NCBI GenBank assembly: GCA_963762145.1
Contig: CAVXJS010000015.1
Span: 320,001-384,000, forward strand
Source of the DNA: an uncultured Candidatus Rokubacteria bacterium
GTDB lineage: Bacteria > Methylomirabilota > Methylomirabilia > Rokubacteriales > CSP1-6
DNA length: 64,000 nucleotides
Direction of reading: 5' to 3'
The notes beneath the pieces were generated by a model, which was not told the DNA's origin, made no database searches, and saw only the letters and a list, made by a program, of their open reading frames with translations. This document shows, one piece after another, positions 56,083 to 64,000 of the stretch. The position numbers and the translations under genes were made by a program. Position 1 is the stretch's first letter. Every line of letters starts with the position of its first letter.

Positions 56083-56988
56083 TCAGCGGGCGGATCGGGC
56101 GATGGCCGGTGCCGACTCCTCCCAGATATAGCTGTGGGGGTTCACCGGCTGGCTCTTGACCTGGATCTCGTAGTGCAGGTGGGGGCCGGAGGATCGGCCC
56201 GTGTTCCCCGTCGTCGCCACCGTGTCGCCCCGCTTGATGACCTGGTCCATGGCCACGTTCACCCGGGACAGGTGACCGTAGAGGGAGCGGGTCTCGTTGC
56301 CGTGATCGATGATGAGGGTGACACCGTACTCGGCGTGCGTCCCCGCGAAGATCACCACGCCCGGAGCCGGCGCCCGCACCGCTGTCCCGATCGGGGCTCC
56401 GATGTCGATGCCGCTGTGGAACTCCGAGTTGGGCGCCCACGGCGAGCGCCGCTGACCGAAGTCGGAGTTCACCGGCCCGCGCACCGGCCACCGCGATGGC
56501 AGCGAGGCGAGGACGCGGCTGGCCCGGCCCAGGAAGCGCTCGAGGGTCCGGATGGACTCGCCCTCCTCTCGGACGATGCCGAGCAGGCGGTCGACCTCCT
56601 CCTTGACCGGCCCACGGTCTGGCTCCGCCGCGGTCTTCCCGCCGATGCCGGTTCCCCGCTTGACCGGGGCGGCCTCGGGGCCAAAGGGCTCCCAGATCTT
56701 GGCGTGCAGATCCCGCCAGCTATCGATCTCCCCCCGGATCTCGCGAAGCCGCGACTGGGAAGCGTCGAGCAGCCCTTGCTGGATGTGCAGGCGCTCGCTC
56801 AGCGCCGCGAACGTGCCGCGCTGGTGGCGGAGGTTGACGTAGTCGGGATAGATGAACGCCAGCCCGAGGATCGTGACCGCGAGCCCACTGACGACGACGC
56901 CCACGGCCCAGCCGGGGACCGATAGCCGCAGGACGCGGCTTCCATCGTCCCGGACCATCAGCAGGTTGAACTGTTTGGGCTTGGACAT
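56083..56988 (-). CDS. M23 family peptidoglycan endopeptidase with TM and coiled coil
   Basis: PSRWPV, HSGIDI, YGHLS, GNTGRSSGPHLHYE. Confidence 0.95.
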   Translation of the reverse strand: MSKPKQFNLLMVRDDGSRVLRLSVPGWAVGVVVSGLAVTILGLAFIYPDYVNLRHQRGTFAALSERLHIQQGLLDASQSRLREIRGEIDSWRDLHAKIWEPFGPEAAPVKRGTGIGGKTAAEPDRGPVKEEVDRLLGIVREEGESIRTLERFLGRASRVLASLPSRWPVRGPVNSDFGQRRSPWAPNSEFHSGIDIGAPIGTAVRAPAPGVVIFAGTHAEYGVTLIIDHGNETRSLYGHLSRVNVAMDQVIKRGDTVATTGNTGRSSGPHLHYEIQVKSQPVNPHSYIWEESAPAIARSAR

Positions 56989-56998
56989 CGCGGGCGGG

Positions 56999-57424
56999 TC
57001 AGCGCTTGAGCGGGACCACTGAGAGATCCCGCCCTGGGGTCATGTCCCGGAGCGGGGCCTCGGCCAGCGGGCTGGGTTTGGCCATCCGACAGTGCCCGTC
57101 GAACAGGACTCCCTCCTCGATCACGACCACGGGAGCCTCCACGTCGCCGGAGACCCGGGCCGTCCGCTTCAGCTCGATGCGCTCCAGGGCGCTCAGGTTG
57201 CCGGTCACCTGCCCGTTCACCACCAGGCGCCCGGCCCGGACATCGGCATGGAGGACGGCGCGCTCCCCGATGATGAGGGTGTCGTTGGAGCTGATCTCGC
57301 CCTTGAACTTGCCGTTGAGCATGACGGTGCCCCGGAACGTGTAGCGGCCTTCGATCTCGGATCCTTCGTCGATGAAGGCGGTCAGCTCGCTTCGCCGCGG
57401 CGCCTCTGCCCTACGCCTGAACAT
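56999..57424 (-). CDS. Bactofilin (polymer-forming cytoskeletal protein)
   Basis: [41 protein letters not shown]. Confidence 0.93.
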   Translation of the reverse strand: MFRRRAEAPRRSELTAFIDEGSEIEGRYTFRGTVMLNGKFKGEISSNDTLIIGERAVLHADVRAGRLVVNGQVTGNLSALERIELKRTARVSGDVEAPVVVIEEGVLFDGHCRMAKPSPLAEAPLRDMTPGRDLSVVPLKR

Positions 57425-57456
57425 AAGACTCGTCCCCCGCTCGCTGGACTGCGTCG

Positions 57457-57553
57457 TCCTACCGGGTCCTGGCGGCCCCTCGGGGCCTTCGACTCCACTG
57501 ACTACGGAACGCGTTGGAAGGGTGGGTGCTGGTTACAGTCTCGCCCGGTAGGA
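57457..57553 (-). ncRNA. Candidate structured 5' leader of the bactofilin-M23 operon
   Basis: 10-bp perfect closing helix TCCTACCGGG/CCCGGTAGGA with inner helices; TTGACA-N18-TAGAAA immediately upstream on the minus strand. Confidence 0.4.
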
Positions 57554-57640
57554 TTTTCTAGCACGCCCATTCTAGGGGTGTCAACCCCCCGCCCGAGCCC
57601 TGGGGGCACCGCCGAGGTGCGTGCTATCTCCGCGCCTTTG

Positions 57641-57670
57641 TTGACACTCCTGAGTACGCCACAGTATGAT
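57641..57670 (+). promoter_or_regulatory. sigma70 promoter of the aminotransferase-hom operon
   Basis: TTGACA-N18-TATGAT. Confidence 0.7.
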
Positions 57671-57706
57671 CGAACTCCTGATCGAAGTCCTCCCGGGAGA
57701 AGATCT

Positions 57707-58879
57707 ATGGACGAGTTCTACCGGATCAAGCGGCTGCCCCCGTACGTCTTCGCGATCGTCAACGACCTGAAGTCCAAGGCTCGAGCTCGTGGCGAGGACA
57801 TCATCGATCTCGGCATGGGCAACCCGGACCAGGAGACCCCCAAGCACATCGTCGACAAGCTGGTGGAGGCGGCGCGGAATCCCCGGAACCACCGTTACTC
57901 GGCCTCCAAGGGGATCACCCGGCTGCGGAAGGCGGTCACGACGTGGTACCGGACCCGCCACGGGGTGGAGCTCGATCCGGAGACCGAGGCCATCGCCACC
58001 ATCGGAGCCAAGGAGGGCATGGCCCACCTGGCCCTTGCGGTGCTCCAGCCCGGCGACGGGGTCCTGGTGCCGAACCCCACCTACCCGATCCACTCCTACT
58101 CGGTGGTCATCGCGGACGGCGACCTGCGCTCGGTCCCGCTGGTCCCGGGGGAGGACTTCTTTGCCCGCCTCCAGGAGACGGCCCGGCTGGCCTGGCCCAA
58201 GGCGAAGCTCCTGATCCTGTCCTTCCCGCACAACCCGACCACCGCCTGCGTGGACCGGGACTTCTTCGTGAAGGTGGTGGACTTCGCGCGGGAGCACCAC
58301 ATGATGGTGGTGCACGACTTCGCCTACGCCGACTTCACCTTCGACGGCTACAAGGCCCCCTCGTTCCTGGAGATCCCGGGAGCCAAGGAGGTGGGCGTGG
58401 AGATCTTCTCGCTGTCGAAGTCGTACAACATGCCGGGCTGGCGGGTGGGCTTCGTGTGCGGCAACTCGAGGATGATCCACGCCCTGGCCCGCATCAAGTC
58501 CTACCTCGACTACGGCGCCTTCCAGCCCATCCAGATCGCCGCGATCATCGCGCTGGAGGGCGAGCAGGGCTGCGTGGCCGACATCGTGGAGCTGCATCGC
58601 AAGCGCCGCGACGTCCTGGTCAACGGCCTCAACAAGATCGGCTGGAAGGTGGAGAAGCCCCGGGGGACCATGTTCGTCTGGGCGCCCATCCCGGACGAGT
58701 TCCGGAGCATGGGCTCGCTCGAGTTCTCCAAGCTGCTCATCCAGGAGTGCAAGGTGGCGGTCTCCCCGGGGATCGGGTTCGGCGAGTACGGTGACGGCCA
58801 CGTCCGGTTCGCCCTGGTCGAGAACGAGCAGCGCATCCGGCAGGCCCTGCGTGGCCTCAAGACCCTGAGCGGCCGCTAG
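57707..58879 (+). CDS. Class I/II PLP aminotransferase (AlaC/YfdZ-like)
   Basis: [61 protein letters not shown]. Confidence 0.93.
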   Translation: MDEFYRIKRLPPYVFAIVNDLKSKARARGEDIIDLGMGNPDQETPKHIVDKLVEAARNPRNHRYSASKGITRLRKAVTTWYRTRHGVELDPETEAIATIGAKEGMAHLALAVLQPGDGVLVPNPTYPIHSYSVVIADGDLRSVPLVPGEDFFARLQETARLAWPKAKLLILSFPHNPTTACVDRDFFVKVVDFAREHHMMVVHDFAYADFTFDGYKAPSFLEIPGAKEVGVEIFSLSKSYNMPGWRVGFVCGNSRMIHALARIKSYLDYGAFQPIQIAAIIALEGEQGCVADIVELHRKRRDVLVNGLNKIGWKVEKPRGTMFVWAPIPDEFRSMGSLEFSKLLIQECKVAVSPGIGFGEYGDGHVRFALVENEQRIRQALRGLKTLSGR

Positions 58880-58885
58880 CGCCCC

Positions 58886-60195
58886 GTGAGAACCCCCTGA
58901 ACGAGATCAAGATCGCCCTGCTGGGCCTGGGCACCGTCGGCTGCGGCGTGGTCAAGGTGCTCCAGAGCCACGGCGCCGAGATGGCCGAGCGCGCGGGGTG
59001 CCGGCTCGCCCTCGGGCGGGTCGTGGACGCCGACCTCACGCGCCCGCGCGACGGCATCGACCTGGCCCGCCTGCCCCTGGGCGGCGACGTCAACCAGGCC
59101 ATCGACGACCCCTCGGTGCAGATCGTCATCGAGCTGATCGGCGGGCTCGAGCCCGCGCGCACCTTCATCCTCCGCGCCCTCGCCGCCGGCAAGCACGTGG
59201 TCACCGCCAACAAGGCGCTGCTCGCCCATCACGGCACCGAGCTCTTCGAGGAGGCGCGGCGTCGCGGGGTGATGCTCGGCTTCGAGGCCGCGGTGGCGGG
59301 CGGCATCCCGCTCATCCGGGCCGTCAAGGACGGGCTCCCCGCGAACCGGATCCTGTCCACCTTCGGCATCGTCAACGGCACGTGCAACTACATCCTGTCC
59401 AAGATGACCGACGAGGGGCGGGACTTCGGCGAGGTCCTGAAGGAAGCGCAGGCCCACGGCTACGCCGAGTCCGATCCGACCCTCGACATCGAGGGCATGG
59501 ACTCGGCCCACAAGCTGCAGATCCTGGCGACCCTGGCCTTCCGCACCGCGGTGGATCTCAAGGACATCTACACCGAGGGCATCACCGCGGTGACCCAGCA
59601 GGACGTGGTCAACGCCACCGAGCTGGGCTACCGCATCAAGCTGCTCGCGATCGCCAAGGCGTCGGACGGCGGGCTGGAGGCGCGCGTGCACCCCACGATG
59701 ATTCCGGCGGGGTCCCCGATGGCCGCGGTCTCCGGGGTCTTCAACGCGGTGTTCATGACCGGCGACAACGTGGGCAACCTCATGTTCTACGGCCGCGGCG
59801 CCGGGCAGCTCCCGACCGCCTCCGCGGTCTGGTCGGACGCGCTCGAGATCGCGCGGCGGGTCGCCCACGGCATCCCGGCGCTGGACATCGATCTCCCGTC
59901 CGTCGGCCGGAACCCGCTGCCGCTGCGGCCCATGGACGACATCCGCTCGGCCTACTACCTGCGCGTGATGGCCCTGGACCAGCCGGGTGTGCTCGCCCAG
60001 GTGGCGGGCATCCTCGGGCGGCACGACATCTCCCTGGTCTCCGTGCTCCAGAAGGAGCGCGCGCGCACCGAGGCGGTGCCGGTGGTCATGATGACGCACG
60101 AGGCGCGCGAGCGGGACATGCGCGCCGCGCTCGCCGCCATCGACAAGCTGCCGGTGGTGGCCGGGCGCACCACGATGATCCGGGTGGAGGCATGA
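58886..60195 (+). CDS. hom: Homoserine dehydrogenase with ACT domain (probable homopolymer indel just after the start)
   Basis: IALLGLGTVG, VVTANKALLA, FEAAVAGGIP, GIVNGTCNYIL, YGRGAGQLPTASAV, DQPGVLA. Confidence 0.95.
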
Positions 60196-60229
60196 CCGCG
60201 GGCGCGCGGGGGATCTGAGCCGCCCCTAC

Positions 60230-61225
60230 ATGCCGTCGTCCCGACGGCTGGCGCAGATCCTCCTGGGCCTGGCGGTGAGCGCGGGCCTTCTCGTCTACTG
60301 CTTCTGGGACGTGGATCTGGCCATCATCGCGGCGCGCCTGCGCGAGACCCTCTGGACCTTCCTCGCGCTCAGCATCGTGCTCGCCTTCGGCTCCCTCTGG
60401 GCCCGGGCCTGGCGCTGGGGCTACCTCTTCCCTCCGGGCCCCCGCCCGCCCCATCTCTTCCGGGCGCTCCTCATCGGCTACATGGGCAACAACCTGCTGC
60501 CGCTCCGCGCCGGGGAAGTGGTGCGGATCTACGTGGCCTCCCGGCACGGTCCGCGATTCTGGACCACCCTGGCCACCGTGGTGGTCGAGCGCGTCCTGGA
60601 TGGCCTGGCGCTCGGGTTGATCGTGGCCGGCCTCCTGCTGCTGGTGCCGGTCCCGGCCGAGATGCGCTGGTCGATCGCGATCTTCCTGGCCGTGGACCTG
60701 GCCGCCATCCTGGTGCTCGCGATGATTGCCCTCGCGCCCGGCGTATGCCGCGCGCTGATCGAGACGGTCTTCCACCGGGTCGGGTGGCTCGAGCGTCGGC
60801 TGATCGGGTTCCTCGGGACGATGACCGAGGGCCTTCGCGGTCTCCGGGCGCCCCGCCACGCGTTCCCGGTATTCCTGGGCTCGCTGGCGATCTGGCTCCT
60901 GCTCGCCCTGTCGGTGTGGACCGCGATGCACGCGGCCCACCTGGATCTGCCGCTGGTGGCATCCTGGGTCGTGCTGGCCTTCCTCGGGCTCGGGGTGAGC
61001 CTGCCGTCGAGCCCCGGCTTCGTCGGCGTGATCCAGGCCGCGACGGTGCTGGCGCTGGCGCTGTTCGCGGTGCCGCGCGCGGAGGCCCTGTCCTTCTCGC
61101 TACTGTTTCACGCCTCGCAGTTCTTCCCGATCACCGCGGCCGGACTGGTGTGCCTGCTGCTGGAGCAGGTCAGCCTGACCGACGCGGCGCGCGCGGCCTC
61201 TCAGGGCGTCTCGTCGGAGGGGTAG
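60230..61225 (+). CDS. Lysylphosphatidylglycerol synthase TM / flippase-like protein (UPF0104)
   Basis: RAWRW, GYMGNNLLPLRAGEVVR, VVERVLD, LPSSPGFVG. Confidence 0.9.
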   Translation: MPSSRRLAQILLGLAVSAGLLVYCFWDVDLAIIAARLRETLWTFLALSIVLAFGSLWARAWRWGYLFPPGPRPPHLFRALLIGYMGNNLLPLRAGEVVRIYVASRHGPRFWTTLATVVVERVLDGLALGLIVAGLLLLVPVPAEMRWSIAIFLAVDLAAILVLAMIALAPGVCRALIETVFHRVGWLERRLIGFLGTMTEGLRGLRAPRHAFPVFLGSLAIWLLLALSVWTAMHAAHLDLPLVASWVVLAFLGLGVSLPSSPGFVGVIQAATVLALALFAVPRAEALSFSLLFHASQFFPITAAGLVCLLLEQVSLTDAARAASQGVSSEG

Positions 61226-61434
61226 CGATCGAGGCGGAGCCGGGCGAGCCGGCCCCATCGGCGCCGCTCGACCCATTCGGTGAACCGGTCGCTGAGGTCG
61301 ATGAGCAGGACCGCGCCCACCGCCACCACGACCAGCCAGCCGAGGCCGCGCAGGGTCGCCGTCGCGCCCGCGACGAGCATCGCGGGGACCGCGGCGGCCA
61401 CGAGCAGCGCCAGGACACCGATGCCGAGTCGCAT
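61201..61434 (-). CDS. Small membrane protein (2 TM), hypothetical
   Basis: 77-aa ORF with two hydrophobic segments filling the gap. Confidence 0.5.
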   Translation of the reverse strand: MRLGIGVLALLVAAAVPAMLVAGATATLRGLGWLVVVAVGAVLLIDLSDRFTEWVERRRWGRLARLRLDRYPSDETP

Positions 61435-61601
61435 ATCCAGAGCCTAGAGTTGGACCCCGGGGATCGCCAAGACAATTGCGCGACGCGGCGTTCGCTCGGT
61501 CGGAGCGTAAACGGATGGGCGTGCCTCCGCGTCTCATCCGGTGAAGGCGGGGCTCCGCGGATCGTCTCGTAAAATATCTTTGAAACCAGGAGGATAGACC
61601 A

Positions 61602-62056
61602 ATGATTGCACGGTCTCGGCGGATGGGACGGGTCCTGGCGGCCACGGGCCTGACGATCGGGCTGCTCGGCACGGCGGCGTCGGCGCAGGAGATCCGGAGC
61701 GACGTCTCCGAGCTGCGCCGGGACCGGCGGGAGATTCGCCAGGACAACCGGGAGATCCGCGATGATCGGCGCGAGCTGCGCGGCGATACCCGCGAGATCC
61801 ACCGGGATCGCCGCGAGCTGCGCGGCGATCGCGGGAGCTGCGCGACGCGTACGGATCGGGCGACCCGCAGGCGGTGCGACAGGCCCGGCAGGACCTGCGG
61901 GACGACCGGCGCGATCTCCGCCACGACGTCGGCGAACGGCGACAGGATCGACACGAGCTCCGCGAGGACCGGCGGGAGCGGCGTCACGACGTGCGCGAGC
62001 TGCGCGGCGATCGGCGCGAGCTGCGGCGCGACGTCGCGGTCCGGCGCGGGCGGTAG
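61602..62056 (+). CDS. Secreted charged heptad-repeat (DRRELRx) protein, 1-nt deletion ~61833
   Basis: SD AGGAGG; signal peptide ending ASA; repeats in two frames join into one protein when one C is restored. Confidence 0.8.
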
Positions 62057-62139
62057 CCGAGGGGGACGCCCCCGACGCGGCGGCGCGGCGAATTGGTGTC
62101 GCGTGCACGCGTGTGGGAAGATCGGGGCCAGAGGCGCCC

Positions 62140-62718
62140 GTGGAGTCGAGCGATGAACAGCTGTGCCGTGCGATCGCTACGCAGGAACCGGGAGCCTTCG
62201 ATCTCCTGGTCGAGCGCTACCAGGAGCGGGCCTACCGGATCGCCTGGTCCGTGCTGCGCGATCGTGAGGACGCCCGGGATTGCTCGCAGGAGGCGTTCAT
62301 CCGCCTCCACGAATCGGCCGGCTCGTTCGCGGGGCAGTCGAAGTTCTCGACGTGGTTCTACCGGATCCTGGTCAACTGCTGCGTGGACCTGCAGCGACGC
62401 CGGCGCGGGTGGCGCCGGCTCGTCGGCTGGCGGGACCAGCGTGCGGAGGCGCCCGACGAGCCGGATCCGGTGGAGCAGGCGCCCGCGCCCTTCACGGATC
62501 CGGTCGAGGGCATGGACGCGGAGCGGCGGATGACGAAGGTCTGGGAGGTGGTGGCCGATCTCTCGCCCCAGCAGCGCGCGGCGGTGACGCTGTCGTGCCG
62601 TGAGGGGCTGGCGACGAAGGACATCGCCGCCGTGCTGAACGTGTCGGAAGCCACCGTGCGGGTCCACCTGCACCGCGCGCTCTCCACGCTCAGGCAGCGG
62701 CTCGGAGACGAGGGATGA
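62140..62718 (+). CDS. ECF RNA polymerase sigma factor
   Basis: AFDLLVERYQ, EDARDCSQEAF, KFSTWFYRILVN, LSPQQRAAV, TVRVHLHRA. Confidence 0.93.
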   Translation: MESSDEQLCRAIATQEPGAFDLLVERYQERAYRIAWSVLRDREDARDCSQEAFIRLHESAGSFAGQSKFSTWFYRILVNCCVDLQRRRRGWRRLVGWRDQRAEAPDEPDPVEQAPAPFTDPVEGMDAERRMTKVWEVVADLSPQQRAAVTLSCREGLATKDIAAVLNVSEATVRVHLHRALSTLRQRLGDEG

Positions 62719-63215
62719 ACGACGCACACGTCGAGGAATGGCTGATCGATCACGTTCGCGGCGAGCTCGATCCGGCGGACCGGGTCCGGGTGGACGCCCA
62801 CCTGGCCGCGTGCGACGCCTGCCGCGCGTCGCGCGAGCGGTTCGGCGCGCTGATGACCGAGCTGGCCCGGACCGCTCCCGCGCCGCCCCCGATCCACTGG
62901 GGCGCGTATCGCGCGCAGCTGCGAGACCGGCTCGAGCGCCGGATCTCGGGGCGCAGCGGGGAGCGCGCCGGCCTGTGGGCGTGGGTCGCGCGGCCCCTCC
63001 CCGCCCTGGTGGCCGCGGGCCTCGTGGCGCTGCTGGTGATGACCGGGATGCCGGGCGGCGTGCGCCCGCCGGATCCCCTCGCGCTCGACAACACCATCCT
63101 GGCGAGCCAGCTCGACATGATCGCGCGGCTCGACGTGGTGCAGCAGCTCGACCTGCTCGAGGACTTCAACGTCATCGGCGATCTGGACGAGCTGCCGGAG
63201 CCCCAGAAGAGCTGA
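62715..63215 (+). CDS. Zinc-finger (zf-HC2) transmembrane anti-sigma factor
   Basis: HLAACDAC (HxxxCxxC), TM helix, LDLLEDFNVI tail; overlaps the sigma stop. Confidence 0.9.
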   Translation: MNDAHVEEWLIDHVRGELDPADRVRVDAHLAACDACRASRERFGALMTELARTAPAPPPIHWGAYRAQLRDRLERRISGRSGERAGLWAWVARPLPALVAAGLVALLVMTGMPGGVRPPDPLALDNTILASQLDMIARLDVVQQLDLLEDFNVIGDLDELPEPQKS

Positions 63216-63218
63216 GCG

Positions 63219-63512
63219 GTGACCCCATGGATCTGGCCCGTCGGCCTCGCGGCGCTGGCGCTGGCGGGCGTGAGCGAGGCGACGGCGGCCGAGCCCGGCG
63301 GGCGCGCGGGCTCGCCGGAGGCGGTGGACGCGGAGATGCTGAGAGACCTCGACCTGCTGAGCAGTCCCGACTACGCGCGCGACCGCGAGGTGGCGCGGCG
63401 CATGGGCTTGTTCGAGCGGCTGCGCATGCTCGAGATCCAGCGCGCGCAGGACGCGGCGGGGGCGGCCGAATCCGCGTCGTCCCCCGCTCCGCCCGTCCGG
63501 AGCGTGAAGTGA
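63219..63512 (+). CDS. Small exported hypothetical protein
   Basis: Signal peptide, EMLRDLDLL motif resembling the anti-sigma tail; operonic spacing. Confidence 0.65.
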   Translation: MTPWIWPVGLAALALAGVSEATAAEPGGRAGSPEAVDAEMLRDLDLLSSPDYARDREVARRMGLFERLRMLEIQRAQDAAGAAESASSPAPPVRSVK

Positions 63513-64000
63513 TGCGTCTCCTCGCGCTCGTGGTGGCCGCGGTCCTCGGGCTCGCCGCCCCCGCCACCGCCCAGGCGCCGCCTCCGCCGCCCGCGGACGC
63601 GCCGGTCCAGGGCCTCGAGCGGCTGTCGCCGGAAGAGCGCGCGGTGGCCGAGCGCAACCTCGAGCGCTGGCGCGGCATGACGCCCGAGCAGCGGCAGCAC
63701 GCGCTCGAGAACTACCGCCACTGGAAGAGCCTCTCCCCCGAGGAGCGGCGGAACGCACGCCAGAATCTCCAGCGCTTCCGCCAGATGCCGCCGAGCGAGC
63801 GCGCGCGGATCATGGAGGACTTCCAGCGCTGGAACCAGCTCCCCGACGACCGCAAGCGCGAGCTCGAGCGCGCCTACGAGCGCTACCAGCAGCTCCCGCC
63901 GGAGCGCCGGCAGCAGATCCAGCAGCGCTACGAGCGGTACCAGTCGCTCACCCCGGAGCAGCGCCAGCGGCTGGACCGAAACCTCGAGCGGTGGCGCAGC
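63512..64000 (+). CDS. DUF3106-like repeat protein, runs off window edge
   Basis: MRLLALVVAAVLG signal, then repeated W/F/Y..(L/M)(S/T/P)PE(E/Q)R units (RWRGMTPEQR, HWKSLSPEER, RWNQLPDDRK). Confidence 0.85.
   Translation, partial: MRLLALVVAAVLGLAAPATAQAPPPPPADAPVQGLERLSPEERAVAERNLERWRGMTPEQRQHALENYRHWKSLSPEERRNARQNLQRFRQMPPSERARIMEDFQRWNQLPDDRKRELERAYERYQQLPPERRQQIQQRYERYQSLTPEQRQRLDRNLERWRS

Noticed and set aside
61700-62040. 21-bp periodic DNA repeats as a non-coding array
   Set aside because: Variation is largely synonymous or conservative and is explained by the heptad-repeat protein

Overview
Very GC-rich bacterial chromosomal window, densely coding, with about 65 CDS. Codon style, repeat families and gene content suggest Candidatus Rokubacteria/Methylomirabilota (inference only). 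About twenty genes, including core ones (fhs, pepA, gcvT/PA/PB, rsbRST), are split by single-base indels clustered in blocks, which most likely reflects long-read consensus error rather than pseudogenisation. Main content: fhs; a DUF151-AAA-DUF4197 operon; ECF42/DGPF; pepA-NUDIX-lipoate ligase-glycine cleavage; a D-glutamate cyclase/5-oxoprolinase cluster; a sigma54-promoter-rich block (udgX, nucleotidyltransferase, NtrC-type activator, stand-alone HisKA protein) converging on a stressosome operon with two hybrid kinases; peptide, sugar and TRAP transporters; bamD-ltaE; bactofilin-M23; alaC-like/hom; and an ECF/anti-sigma/DUF3106 locus. No tRNA, rRNA, CRISPR array or transposase was recognised. 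Best novelty candidates: (1) a short AAA+ protein with degenerate Walker B, sensor-1, Arg finger and pore loop that ends in the proteasome-docking tail GQYL, possibly a pseudo-ATPase proteasome regulator; (2) a possible stressosome-to-sigma54 phosphorelay using a DHp-only protein; (3) two structured leader RNA candidates.
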